DNA of 64,000 bases, from assembly GCA_951406725.2 (NCBI GenBank), contig OX597819.1:48050001-48114000 (forward strand), given 5' to 3'. The position numbers and the translations under genes were made by a program. Below are positions 41,215 through 54,179 of the stretch, piece after piece; position 1 is the stretch's first letter; each line of letters begins with the position of its first letter. Under the pieces are notes generated by a model. That model was given only the letters and a program-made list of their open reading frames with translations. It was not told the origin of the DNA and searched no databases. The stretch comes from Octopus vulgaris (taxonomy: Eukaryota).

Positions 41215-41735
41215 TTGTGTAGTTCAAAAGTTTACTTCTTGGGCATGTGGTTTCAGATTCACTACTGCAGTGTGGCACTGAGGCAAGTGTCTTCTACTGT
41301 GGCCCCAAGCTTATCAAAGTCTTGTGAGTAAATTCAGACAGAAACTGAAAGAAGATTGAGTGTGTATGCACACCTGCTTCCTTGTCTTCACTTCATGTGA
41401 TTGTTTCAAATGAATGTCATTCATTCTCAATCTTCTGCAAAACAGTCATATTACTTTGCTTGGCAACAGAAAGAGCATCTGGCTATAGAAATTCTGCCTC
41501 AGTAAATTCTATCTGACCCATGCAAGCATGGCAAAGTAGACATTCAAATGATGATGATATACATGTGTGTGAGAGAAAGAGAGACAGCTTCCATCTACTT
41601 TCTTCTACTTGCAAGGTGTTAGTCAATTCAAGGATATGCTATATGACACTTGCCCAGTGTGCCACACATTGGAACCAAACGTGGAACTAGATGGTTCCAA
41701 AGCAAACTTTTCAATTGCACAGCCATGTCTGTGCC
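41210..41735. mobile_element. Convergent pair: SINE A2 (+, 41210-41558) and SINE A head (-, ~41585-41735)
   Basis: Same head sequence in opposite orientations, with the copies ~30 bp apart. Confidence 0.75.
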
Positions 41736-42254
41736 TGATTAATAGAATCAGTCTTAGGTTTGGACAAGAATCTATCCATAATTAATCTAATCGCCCATTT
41801 AAACAAGAAATTAATCAACTAATCTGAGATAGACTCTGGTAGCAGACTTAAGATTTTCCTGATATGGAGCATAATTATTAATCTCTGTGATGTTTTCTTG
41901 GTGTGAATCTGTCATTCTACAGTGAGATATGACCTTCATCAATTTGGAAGTGATCGTATTTGAAAGTAGAGTGTGTTTGATCTGTGTTCGGTAATTGTAA
42001 CCTTTGTTGAGTCAATACCAAATGCTGCTTATTCATTTAGACGAATATAATATTCATAGTTAAACAATTTCAAACAAGAACAACAAAACTAATTCTGTTG
42101 TCCTTGTTTGAAATTAAGTGTTGAAAAATGTATTAGGTACATAACTATAAAGAAACCAATGCAGTCAGTACCCATTATGTTTTTTATATTTCTAGACAGG
42201 AAGAGGTCTTTTGGGGTGGGGATAGATAAAGATAACTAGGTGATGGATGTATTA

Positions 42255-42472
42255 GTTATGTTAGGGTTAGTCTCTGAATACAAGCAGCAGTCCTAATTTC
42301 AGCCGTGACCATCTCATCTTTTATTCAGATATAGTATATTTAGGGCTATACAGTGTAATATGTCCATCCCTGTGTTTTGTTTTGTTTTCTTTTTTTTTTC
42401 TTTTTTTGAGACTGTAGGGTGTAATATGAGGGTTGTTTCTAGCCGCATGAACAGTCGTATGAAGGCTTCTTC
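42255..42472 (-). mobile_element. Family C copy
   Basis: cagccgtgaccatctcatctttt...tttagggctata...gtagggtgtaatatgaggg...tttctagc. Confidence 0.7.
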
Positions 42473-43149
42473 CAAGAAAGATTGGAATGTTTAAAATCAA
42501 GTATTGAAATTTTATTTATCTATTTATTGGTGAATATATAAAGAGATGTAGTTCTTTAGTTTTTTAAACTTTCATAGACTGGAGGAGGAGTGAATAGAGA
42601 TAATGAGGTGAGCTTAGTACAATTAATATTCAACTTGAATTTATGTAGGTTAGTGGGTGAAAAGAAGATGAATTCTAGAAGGATGTAGTTTTGGGTTAAG
42701 AAGGATTGAGAAGTGGGGAATTGTAGAAATAATGAGATTGGTTGATCCACCAAGTGGATTGTGTTGGCTTAGAGTTAGTAAGCTTAAAGAGAAAAGATAG
42801 ACTTAGTAGACTTAGAGAAAGACAGTTTAGTTGTAGATCAACTGCATCAGAGTATTGGTGAGAGATAAGGCTTATCTCGCAGGCACACAGCCATTACTAG
42901 ATGCCATCAAGAATGTTTGTGGTGACAGTGTCTATTCTGAATGTAGGATCTCTATTCTAGTGTAGGTTTTATGATAACCAGTTATTAAGGGTTGGAATAT
43001 TGATCTAGCTTAATAGAGAGCCTTTGTAATGTAGCTGTGGCTGTGTGAAGTACATGGATGTCTCCATAAATGTTTGTTGCCCAAGCACTTATAAAGAGCA
43101 CGATGGTTTAAACTGACAGCTGTGCATAAAAAAAAACATTACTGAGCAT

Positions 43150-43365
43150 GTGTAGAATTAGCTTCATATTACCAAACAAAGTAAGGTGGTATTTCTTCTG
43201 ACTCTTTGCTTTCTGAGTTCAGATACCACCAAGGTTAATTTTGCTTTTCATTCTTTCAGGCTTGATAAACAATAAAATAAAGTACCAGTCAAGTACTGAG
43301 GTTGATGATATTGACTAACCCACTTCCTCTCAAAATTGCTGGCCTTGTGCCAAAATTTGAAATTA
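43150..43365 (+). mobile_element. SINE B copy
   Basis: ttctgagttcagat...ttttcattctttcagg...aagtaccagtcaagtactgagg...ggccttgtgccaaaatttgaaa. Confidence 0.8.
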
Positions 43366-45336
43366 CTGACTAGTCAGTTTTCAGTCTTATAGCAGGCAGC
43401 ATTTGTGTGCAATATAAGTTGAAAAATATCTTAGTGTGTTGAAATATAAAAAAAAAATGCTTTTAGCATGAAATATTCTGTGAAGACTTTATTGTGTGGA
43501 TCTAGTCTATTTATTATTTTATCAATTTATTTAGTAGACAAGTAGTTTGTTTAAATAGAAATTATTTTAATAAAACAGAATCTCTAAGGTTAGCATATTT
43601 TTGATATTTTTGGAAGAAACAAATTGCATTTAAGTACTGAATAAATACTCACTGAGCGTCTTTCATAAATACTATCAAACAAAATTGTCTTGAAATATTA
43701 AGGTTACTATGGAGCAGAAAACCAACTAGCTCAGATCAGATACTTTATCTTATTGTATTATGTAAATTATGATTTTTATCTGTGAGATATATTTAAAGTA
43801 AAAATTCTGAACATCTAGCCTTGAAAATCAATACATTTGTTTAAAGAATATTCAGTAGAATGTCTCTAACATTCATGACATGATGGTTGGCTTGAAGTAT
43901 AAGAATTTGAGCAGAGCATTTCTGTTAATCTGTAATGTGTGCTTGCAAATCTAAGAACACATACAACCAATGTGTCATGGCGCTAATGTGATATTTCAGT
44001 ATTTTAAATTTCTTGCGTCATATAATAATAGCTTACTATTAATTATAGATTTTATACTCTTTGTAAATGATGTTTTAGCAACCAAGCTATATTTTAATGT
44101 TCTCTCATGTACAGTGTATCCCTCATGTTATTAAATATAGGTGGGTTTTTTTTTTTCTGTTTCTTTTGTTTTACATTTTGTTTCTCTCGTGTTTTAATTG
44201 TGTTTATTGTGTTCAGAAAATGGTGTTAGTTATTATGACTAAGAACAAGACTAGATACATTATAATCGAATTGCTACCTGCCTTTCTTTGTTCAAACTTT
44301 GCACTTCTCCTCTATTTAATTTACCTTGTGTCAATAACAAATCAGTCATTAATGTCTGTATTCATCTATAAGATGCAGGTATGGCAATCAAAGTGATTCC
44401 AGGTTCTATCTCACTGCACAGCATCTTAGGCAAATGTCCTCAACCATTGCTTTGGAACAAGCTTTGGATTAATACAAGCTTTGTATGTGAAACTGGATAT
44501 GGAAATTATGTGGAAACCTATCAGAAATGCAATTCATCTTGGGTGGTATACTTAATGTGTTGCCTGGTTTAATACCACCATATGGCTCTTCAGTCCATTT
44601 TGTTGTAATTATTCAGTCCTGATCTCTGGCCCGAGGCTATCAAGATCTTCCTTTTCTACTGACAATCTTGGAAGATTTGCAAAAATCTTTTGGGTAGTGA
44701 CTATGCTATGGGGGAGCAGGAAACCAGTAAATACAATTTCTCCCTATGAATCCTTGTAATTAAAGCTGATGAATCAAATACTTAGGAGCAAATTTGCTCA
44801 CCCAAATGAACCCTTGGTGTTGTATGGGGACCAGTATGTCAAAGTATAGTAGTATATGTTGTTTTTTAATATTTTCAGATCCTAGAGAAAAAGGCAGTGC
44901 CTCTTGGGCCTTAGTAAGACCTCTTAGACTTGTGAGATTGATGCCATTAATATCCCCTTCGAACCTTTGTTAGTTAAGAAATGAGGAAACAACTAAGCTG
45001 AGGTGGGTATTCCAGGGAGCCAACATTCTGGAAAACAAGGAACAGGTATAGAGATTTGGGAAGAACTCAAAGGGGGCAAGTGGGATGGGTGTACCTGAGT
45101 AGGTTTAGTGTAAATCCAGTCAGTTCTAAGGAGTAAAAGACATTATAGTAGCAGTAGGAAAGAAAGGGATAAGAAAGAGCACATCTATGGGCCAGAGACC
45201 GGAGCATGTCAATGAGTTATATTTTGACATTACATGTGATCACATTGTATATTCCTTGGTTTTACAGAGTTCCTCCAGTCTACTTAGCAAGTGTACTAAG
45301 ATATTACCTATCATCATGTAGCTTCTTCCTCTTTAA

Positions 45337-45557
45337 CCCTTTTGTTACCGTATTTATTTTAAGATGCTCTGTGTTTCTTTCAATTATTTTAAATATAACA
45401 AAGAATTAAGTAAAATAACTTGATTATCATTAAGCTAGTGTTGGGAACATAAATTGTAACTAAGATTTGGTGGAAGATTTTAATTCAGAACTTTTGAAAA
45501 CAAAACATTTGTACTACAGGGTCACAGCTGGTTTCAGCCGGGTTGGTAACGAAAGGG
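45337..45557. mobile_element. TTAA-flanked (piggyBac-type) MITE, second family, 221 bp
   Basis: TTAA TSDs at 45333-36 and 45558-61; TIR cccttttgttacc / ggtaacgaaaggg (12/13). Confidence 0.9.
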
Positions 45558-45807
45558 TTAAGCCATGATGCAGCTTCTGTACTGCCACTCAAATTCCTAG
45601 AAATAGCAACCAGATACCCTTTGGATAACACCCATCACTCTTTCTTTCTAGGAGTGGGGCAGCAAAGCAACAACATGGACACTTTGGATCAAGTCATTCT
45701 TGCTTGTGAGACCTGAACAATAAAGAAAAAAAGATGAAATTGTCTAGACTGGAACATTTTTGATCAGTCAGCTTGGTCAGAACTGACCTGGGGCTAAACA
45801 ACAGTAA
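45558..45807 (+). mobile_element. Family C copy (sense; the MITE abuts its 5' end)
   Basis: aagccatgatgcagcttctgtac...ctagaaatagcaaccagat...tttgatcag...ctgacctggggctaaacaacag. Confidence 0.75.
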
Positions 45808-45996
45808 CCTATTGCTTTTAGTTTATTGATTTCTTTCAAATTAAAAAAAAAAAAAAGAATTGAGGAAGTCTTTTACAACTGAAATAACTAAATTATCTAA
45901 ATTTAGTCTTGTTGTTTCAGTAGGTCAAAATGTTTCCATTGTTTTTCTTTGTGCAATTGGTAATTTTTTCTTTTCTTTTTTCATTCTCTTTTTCAG

Positions 45997-46142
45997 CTTT
46001 TAATATGGAACAGGAAATCCCTGACTATGATATGGATAGTGAGGATGAAGCCTGGTTAAATGAGCAGGCAAAGAAGATGGAGATAACACCTCTTAAATTT
46101 GAGGAAATGTTAGACCGATTAGAAAAAGGAAGTGGTCAACAG
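45997..46142 (+). CDS. EPC1: EPC exon: (A)FNMEQEIPDYDMDSEDEAWLNEQAKKMEITPLKFEEMLDRLEKGSGQQ
   Basis: Long pyrimidine tract ending tttcag, donor CAG|gtactt; 146 nt, phase 1/0, in frame with the previous exon. Contains the hallmark EPL1/EPcA motifs PDYDxDSEDE and FEEMxDRLEKGSGQQ. Confidence 0.97.
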
Positions 46143-46300
46143 GTACTTGCTGCTTGCTCAGCCATATTAATATTTTCTTTTTACTAGTTAATTATATGTC
46201 ACCTATCTTATTTTTCTTCTGTGCATTTTTCTCCATTTTGTTCAAATTCACTTCTGATTTTTTTTTTTAATCATCATCCAAACACAAAACAGCTGACTTA

Positions 46301-46529
<229 letters not shown>

Positions 46530-47521
46530 TGTTCATTCATCCCAGAAATTTTGGACAGGACCACTAGAGCACTGCATCTGGTAAACTATTTGTGGTGCTG
46601 TTCTAATCTTATCTTCTCAAACTGGAATTCTTCTTGACTGTTTATTTTTTCTTCTGTGTCTGTTTTGATCAGCTTTAAATAATTTTGATGTTGCTGCTCA
46701 GGTGCACATGCACTTCTAGTGTAATCTTTTTCTCTAATTCAAACCACAAAAAAAAAAAAAAAAATCCAGGAACTCTGATTTCAGCTTATGAAACCAAACC
46801 ACAATTAAAGGAATGCTTAAATGGAATTATTTATTAGTCAGACATATAACTAGGAATGTAGCACAAGTGAATGCAAAGACCCAGTCTTTGGTGACACAAT
46901 GGTAATAATAATAATAACAAACAACTACAACAGCAACAATAAAAGAAATCCAAGCTGATGATACTTCCTCAATATTCAAATGAAAGGGAAACATCAACTG
47001 CCATTTGCAATCATTTGCAAACTTGCTGCCTATTCTTCAAAATATCAATTTTTTATCTCATTGATTCAGCCGACATCCTCTCAGAAAAGAGTTATTCCCT
47101 CTGACTTCCTCTCATCCATTAAATACTTTCAGCTCAACTGCTTTGATAAAGATGAATTTTTTATGAAGTTTGAATTTAGAAAACTAAACTTGCACATTAT
47201 TGTGATAATTGGGGGAAATTATATTGTCTCTGTTTTGTGTACATGGAGAGAGAGGTGGGGTGGAGAGAAATAGCCATTAACTAGTTTAATATCACTATCT
47301 GGCCCTTGGGTGGCTTTAGTAGAGTCTTCTCTATTGCAAGCATTTGGACCAAGTTTCTGGAGCCTGAAAATAAATGGACATCTTGGTGCATTGCTTCTTA
47401 TTGTAGCAACCATTAAACCTTTAGCATTCACATTATTCTATCAAATGTAATGCTTATTTATTTACATTGATTTGAATTAATTATGCATTGTCCTATAGTT
47501 TTGAAATTTCACTGATGTCAT

Positions 47522-48432
47522 ATTATCATCATCATCATCATCATCATCATCAAACATCCATTGCCCATGCTGGTATGGGTTGGATGGTTTGACCAGGGCT
47601 GGCAAGCTGGAAGGCTGCACCAGACTCCAGTCCAATTTGGCATGGTTTCTACAGCTGGATTCCCTTCCTAATACCAACCAATCTAAGAGTGTAATGGGTG
47701 CTATTACATGCTACTGGCATGAATGCCATTTGCGTAACACCAGTATTTATCACAAATGTGATTTTACTTGGCTTGATGGGTCTTCTTCTCAAGCACAGGT
47801 CTTGGTCATTCATCATTGCTTCTATGAGGCCCAAAGCTTGAAGATCATGCTTCACCACTTTGTCCCATGTTTTCCTGGGTCTGCTTCTACCACAGATTCC
47901 TTCCACAGCTGTCCTTGTCCATACACATCACATGACCATACCAATGCAGTCATCTCATGCACGCCACATCTGATGCCTCTTATGCCCAACTTTTCTCTCC
48001 TATGAAGGAGAAGCTTTTTGTTGCCAGCAGAGGTAGGAGCTCTCTGAACTTTGCCCAACCTATTCTTATTCTCACAGCTACAGTCTTGGAGCATCTACCT
48101 CTGCTACTAACTTGGTCACCTAAATAACAGAAGCTATCTACTACCTCTAGCTTACCTTCCCCACTTGGCAGTTGATGGAGTCTATTTTATGTACATTTTC
48201 AGTGTTTATTGTACCTGTGCATCTTCCACACACACAAAAGTTATTTTCCCTGTTAACCTTCCTCTGATATTGATGTACCTCTCATGTGTCCATAGCTTAC
48301 ACCTAGGCCATAGTTTCAACCTAGGCTTTTTCCACAGATAGAACAGGGCCATCTACTCAAAAACATTCCTATACATGGCTTGTACAGCTCTCACCAACCA
48401 CTCATCTATCCCCAGTTTCCACATTGACCACA

Positions 48433-48433
<1 letters not shown>
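47522..48433 (-). mobile_element. RTE-clade LINE 3' portion, inserted in a TTAA MITE fragment (47414-47520)
   Basis: Minus strand: WKLGIDEWLVRAVQAMY, KLGIRGIRCGV, EGICGRSRPRKTWDKVVKHDL. Same 3'UTR and (GAT)n tail as the 8095-8999 copy. Confidence 0.88.
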
Positions 48434-48491
<58 letters not shown>

Positions 48492-48797
48492 GTGTAAACA
48501 GAGTTAGCGATTATAATAACCAACTAAGGGATAAGTGTCTGTATGTACTGTCTGTATGTACTCCAGGCATTGGTGTGCAGGCACACTATGCACATAGAGC
48601 ACAGGTAACAACAGGATAAACAAGAGTTTATCAGGAACCAAAATAAACAATTAGAAAATGGAGAAAACTTCAGATTAACAAACACATCGGTTGGACCACA
48701 TTTATAGCTTATTTTTTAAATACAAAAATAAGCTATAAATGTGGTCTAACCAATATGTTTATGTGCTTTTTAATCTGAGGCCTTTCTCTATTTTCTG

Positions 48798-48835
<38 letters not shown>

Positions 48836-49012
48836 CGCACACATACATCTAATCAGAAGGTGAGAGCTAATGATGCTCAATATAGAAAGCTCATAGTAGT
48901 GCTCAGATAATTTGGACCTAAACTGTGAAATCTTTATCAGGGACTAGGTCCATGGGATAAAGAGTGGCAGTAAGAGAAACCCAGGTGAGCTGGTATGGAG
49001 ATAGTGATGCAG

Positions 49013-49055
<43 letters not shown>

Positions 49056-49179
49056 TGTATGTACATGTGTTTTTCTTCTGAATACAGTTATATGAATATA
49101 GTTATATCTATCTATCTATATATCTGTCTGTCTGTCTGTCTATCCATCCATCCTTTCCTCCCTCCCTCCCTCCCTCTGA

Positions 49180-49615
49180 TATGGTGATCCTATCAAGTGC
49201 AGATTTCTAAATGCAGAGGTCAAGGGGTTGGTGGACATATTTGACGCTTCATGGTACATGGTGATGGCAGAACTAATCCCTATCAACTTAGACAAGGTCT
49301 TTTGGGGATCTACATAGTTCTTGAATGTGTATCATCAGCATAGCTTCAGCAAAGGTTGGAAAACTTTACTGCTGCATTTCTACTATGCATGGTCAGGAAT
49401 AAATGCTAAGGTAGTCTTGACAAGATTTAAACTCAGTACTGGAAACTGTTTCAAACTTCAACAACATGATCACTCAAGTATAGTATGTGTAGTGTGTGAT
49501 ACAGAATTACAACCTTACACATAAGAAGCTAGTACCATATTCACTAAGCTGTTGAGACTCTCCAGATTATTGTTTACCAAATCTTAAGTTTGGTTAAAAT
49601 TGAACAATTGACAGC
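49180..49615 (-). mobile_element. Highly decayed LINE RT fragment
   Basis: Minus strand tatgctgatgataca encodes YADDT; composition is coding-like. Clade not determined. Confidence 0.4.
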
Positions 49616-50525
49616 ACATGGATACCGATATGGCTGTGTGGTTAAGAAGTTTACTTCTCAAACATGTGGTTCTCATCCATGTGGCACTGTGGACTTGTAT
49701 ACCACCACAACCTCAGATTGACCAGTAGCCTGCAAGCTTGCAGTAGCCCCTTATAGTATTTTCCGGCATACAAGTCAGTATAATATGTAGTGTAAACAGT
49801 AAAACATCGTCACTTGTCTTTCCAAACCCTGCTGCATTTCACATGGAATTTAGAATCCTCCAAAGTTGTGTAGGTGTGTAAGTCTTTTTTTTTCTCTTCT
49901 TTTTTTTTTGCTCTAAAGAATCTAACTTTTATATTGGAAAATATAGTGTCTGTGTATGTATGTATGTATGTACTTTTTGTTAGCAAAACATGTAAACATC
50001 ATTGAGAAAACCACTTTGGGGCAAAAATACCCTGTGGCATTTGTTCCACTTGTGTTACAGAGACACTCCCTTGCTACTCTTTAAAGTGTAGTGAACTAGT
50101 GATTGTTCCATTGAAAGTCGTGTCACAAATAATACTGTAGCTCACAAACAGTTATATAAAATATTCAGGAAATGCAATATAATTAACATTCCTAATCCTG
50201 TTTCTTACTTTAGTGCATAAATGTTTCCTTTCATTTTTCAAAATGAAGATTATGGGAGATTTAGCAAAAATACCAATGACTTTTTTTTTTCTTTTGTATA
50301 TTTAACATAGCTGATGTTTATGACACTACTATAGATTCTTATGTAAAACTATGATTGAGTAATTTCAGTAAAATTTTGTTGAAAAAATATTAAAAATAGA
50401 AGTTTCATTTTTAATCATTGCTATTATGAAATATTTATTTGCTGGGAGGTTTTCTAGGGAGAGTGGTTGCTTATAGTTTGTATTATTGCTGTTTATTTAT
50501 TTTATTTATTCTTCATTCTGCACAG

Positions 50526-50621
50526 GTTGTTACACTTCAAGAGGCAAAACTATTACTGAAAGAAGATGATGACTTGATTATTGCTGTGTATGATTACTGG
50601 TTAAACAAACGATTACGAACT
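50526..50621 (+). CDS. EPC1: EPC exon: VVTLQEAKLLLKEDDDLIIAVYDYWLNKRLRT
   Basis: Acceptor cacag, donor gtaagt; 96 nt, phase 0/0. Contains the LQEAKLLLKEDD...VYxYW motif. Confidence 0.96.
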
Positions 50622-50679
50622 GTAAGTCGAAATATAGAAATACTTCTTTGTGTTTTGCTTTCTCAAGAAATATTCTTTT

Positions 50680-51004
50680 ATTCTTTTACTTGTTTCAGTC
50701 ATCTGACTGCTGCCATGCTGGAACACTGCCTTTAGTTGAACAAATCGACCCCAGGACTTATTCTTTGTAGGCCTAGTACTTATTCTATTGGTATCTTTTT
50801 GCCGAACCAAGTTATGGGGACATAAACACAGCAACACCGGTTGTCAAGCGATGGGGGTGGGGGGGTCAACAAACACACAAGGCTTTGGTCAGCTGGAGGC
50901 TATAGTAGAAGACACTTGCCCAAGATGTCACACAATGGGACTGGACTGAACATGGAACCATGTGATTGGTAAGCAAGCTACTTACCACACAGCCACTCCT
51001 GCAT
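50680..51004 (-). mobile_element. SINE A copy ~60 bp downstream of an EPC exon
   Basis: ttttacttgtttcagtca...gacttattctttgta...cttaccacacagccactcctgca. Confidence 0.9.
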
Positions 51005-51399
51005 CTGTAAATAGTCTATAAATAAAATTTGAATTTGTGGCTTTTAGGCAATCCATGTAAGTAACTGTGCTTTTCATGTTAACTATTCACATGGAATTGA
51101 CTGAAAAATAGATTTTTAAAGATACTCTTCCATTTTTAATATTAATGATATTAATGTTTTCCTTATGAGCATTAGGGAAATGATTTTTCTCTCACCCCTT
51201 CACTCTCACAGAATTGGTTATGTTGCATTGTGAGATGGATCATTACAGACTGTTTACCTTGTCCTTTTCTTCACAAATGGAGAAGGATTGAGCAAGACTC
51301 TAGCAAACCCTTCTCAAAGAAAAGCTGATATGCTACTCAAACTCTCAAGAGACAGGCCAGTGTGCATAGATACATGGAATGGAAATAAAGAAAAAAGTT

Positions 51400-51586
51400 A
51401 TTCTTAAGCCCCAAGACATCCTTGATTCCAACCTTGGTTATCCTGTCTTTCTCAAGAATTATATATCTAGGGCTACATTATTTAATATGTCCCTTCTTTT
51501 TCAAGATTGTAGGGCGTAATTTGAGGAAAATTTAGGTGCTATTTCTGACAGATTGAATGACTACATAGAAGTTCCTTCATTGGTTT
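51400..51586 (-). mobile_element. Family C copy
   Basis: tatctagggctacattatttaatatgtcc...atttgaggaaaatttaggtgctatttctg...catagaagttccttcattggtt. Confidence 0.8.
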
Positions 51587-51899
51587 ATACATTTCTTTCG
51601 TGTAATTGTTAGAGCTGATGACTAACTCAAAATTAATCACTCAGCTGTGAAATGGGAGTGTGGTATGATATTTCAGTAATGTACTTCATCTTTAACACAG
51701 CATAAAACTTAACAATGAAGTTTCAAACCTGTCCAAGTTGTAATCCAACACCTCATCCACCTTGGTATTCATACCATTATATGTTACAAATAAGGTTATT
51801 GTGTTCGTTTATTTTTCTACCGCCACAAAACAGAGTTTCAGTTGCTGGTAGTTTTCACAGCAATAATCTAATACGAAAGTGACAGATTTAACCCTTTAA

Positions 51900-52117
51900 C
51901 CCTTTAGTGTTTAAACTGGCCATATCCGGCCCAAATATTCTATGTTTCATATTCAAACTGGCCATTTCTAGCCTCTCACACCTAACCTACAATGACATTC
52001 TAAAAATAAACAATCATATCATTGAAACCTCAAAGATATAAGATAATGCATGATTAATTCAAAACAATTTGAGTGAAAAAGTATTACGTTTAACAGAATA
52101 ATCTGAACACTAAAGGG
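51900..52117 (+). mobile_element. Intact TTAA MITE (218 bp) nested in an older, opposite-orientation copy (51892-52760)
   Basis: TIR ccctttagtgtt(t/c)a, TTAA on both sides. The flanks rejoin as ccct-ttaa-cattcaaatt..., the family terminus, which ends aatgctaaagggtcaa at ~52764. Confidence 0.88.
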
Positions 52118-52141
52118 TTAACATTCAAATTACTTTATGAA

Positions 52142-52565
52142 CTTTTACTATCTTTCTCTTTACTCTTTTACTTGTTTCAGTCATTTGACTGCAGCCATGC
52201 TGGAGCATCGCCTTTAATCGAGCAACTCGACCCCGGGACTTATTCTTTTGTAAGCCCAGTACTTATTCTATCGGTCTCTTTTGCCGAACCGCTAAGTAAC
52301 GGGGACATAAACACACCAGCATCGGTTGTCAAGCAATGCTAGAGGGACAAACACAGACACACAAACATACACATACATAGATATATATATATACATATAT
52401 ACGACGGGCTTCTTTTCAGTTTCTGTCTACCAAATCCACTCACAAGGCTTTGGTCGGCCCGAGGCTATAGTAGAAGACACTTGCCCAAGGTGCCATGCAG
52501 TGAGACTGAACCCGGAAACATGTGGTTGGTAAACAAGCTACTTACCACACAGCCACTCCTGCACC
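52142..52565 (-). mobile_element. Young full-length SINE A
   Basis: CpG-rich and near consensus; A box tggctgtgtgg, B box gggttcagtc on the minus strand. Confidence 0.95.
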
Positions 52566-52827
52566 TATTACACTTATTATTTATTCCCATTGTATTGGAT
52601 TAGTCATGTATTACTTTGTAGCTTCATGATTTCAAATGGTGTGATTGTTTACTTTTAGAATGACATTGTAGGCTAGGTGTGAGAGGTCAGATCTGGCTGG
52701 TTTGACCTTAAAACAGGTAGAATATTCTGGCCAGATATAGTCAGTATAAATGCTAAAGGGTCAAACTGAAACAAATTCTATTACATCTATAAGCCATGCA
52801 TGAAGACACATAGGATAGTCATTAGAG

Positions 52828-53006
52828 CAGTGCTTTTCAAACTTTTTGCTGGAGCGGAACCCTAAGGAAACATTCCACTGGCTCGAGGAACCCCTGTTGA
52901 ATAATTTAATAGTCTTATGCACACATATCTGCACAGGAGATTTTAGCATTTTTGTAACTTCTTGCGGAACCCTAAGGTTCCGCGGAACCCTGGTTGAAAA
53001 CTACTG
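52828..53006. mobile_element. hAT-type MITE (179 bp) inserted in the head of a family D-like SINE (52802-53260)
   Basis: Perfect 8-bp TSD cattagag (52820-27, 53007-14); TIR cagtgcttttcaa / ttgaaaactactg; ggaaccc subterminal repeats. The flanks rejoin into a SINE head that aligns with 7012. Confidence 0.92.
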
Positions 53007-54179
53007 CATTAGAGTATTGTACTCAGGTTCACAAGATTGTGATTTCGATTCCTAGACTGGGCAGTTTGTTGTGTTCTTGAGCAAAACACTTCACTTTATT
53101 CTGCTTCAATTCATTCAGCTGTAAAATGAGTTACCTGGTGATGGACTGGTATCCCATTCAGTAGGAATGTTGTGATCTTGGTCACTTATACACCATGGAA
53201 ACCAAGTAACCAGCCCCTTGAGCCCTAGGACTTGAAATAGTAATGTCCAAGGGGTTTACTTTTTCTATAGGCTTTGTGCATTATCTGTCTTGCTCCACAC
53301 ACTCTATTTTGGGTGTCACTTGCCACTTTCAAATTGAACGATTATAAATTGGAAAGTTATCTTATTCGTTTTTTTAAAAAATAAGATAATGAATGGAAAG
53401 GAGGCAGTGACCATAACATTTGTAGGTTAGTGTACAGAAAAATTATCATCATTTTTTATATCTGTTTTTCTATGATGATACAGGTTGAATAAGACTTCTT
53501 GAAGTAATGTTTATGGCCAGAGGCCCTTTCTGGTGCCAACCCTTTTAGTTTCATCTTACTGCACACTGGGATATGGTGTTTTTATTCTAAAACTAGGGTA
53601 CACTCAACGATATCTTGACAGTAAAAATATTTTGAGTCAGAAATACATATGCAAATATAATTTTCAAATACTATCCCACAGACAAAGAAAAATAGATGTG
53701 AAACAAAGCAAAAATAAAATAGGTATAACAATATTTCAGATATGTAATTATAATAAATATTCTACTGTTGTGTTTTGTTCCTGAATTGTATCAAAATTTT
53801 GAATTATAACCTATTAGTTTATAAAGAAAAGTAATGGTGGGAGAAATAGAAATAGAAATAGAAACTTTAAATATATTCTTGTACTTGCACTAAGATCTTT
53901 TAATATTATATTTTATTCTTTTATTGGTTTCACCTACGTGGCCATAATGGAGCACTGCCATGATATTTTTCAAATACAGTGGCACAACATTTCATTTACC
54001 GTTAATTTTTGATACTTTATTGTAAATAGACCCTCTGCTTAGGTTTCCATTTACTGAGATATTTAAGTGCTCCACAAGCTTTGTTGATACATACTTTACA
54101 TCTGACTGTGTAGAGGTGTGCGAAGGAATTTACTTGTTTTATCTAGCTTGCAAACAACCAAGTAATTGTCCCTTCCAAT

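Noticed and set aside
44570-45200. Possible Penelope-like fragments (also ~42560-43020 and ~15060-15620)
   Set aside because: Only faint motif echoes by eye; too decayed to call without an HMM search.
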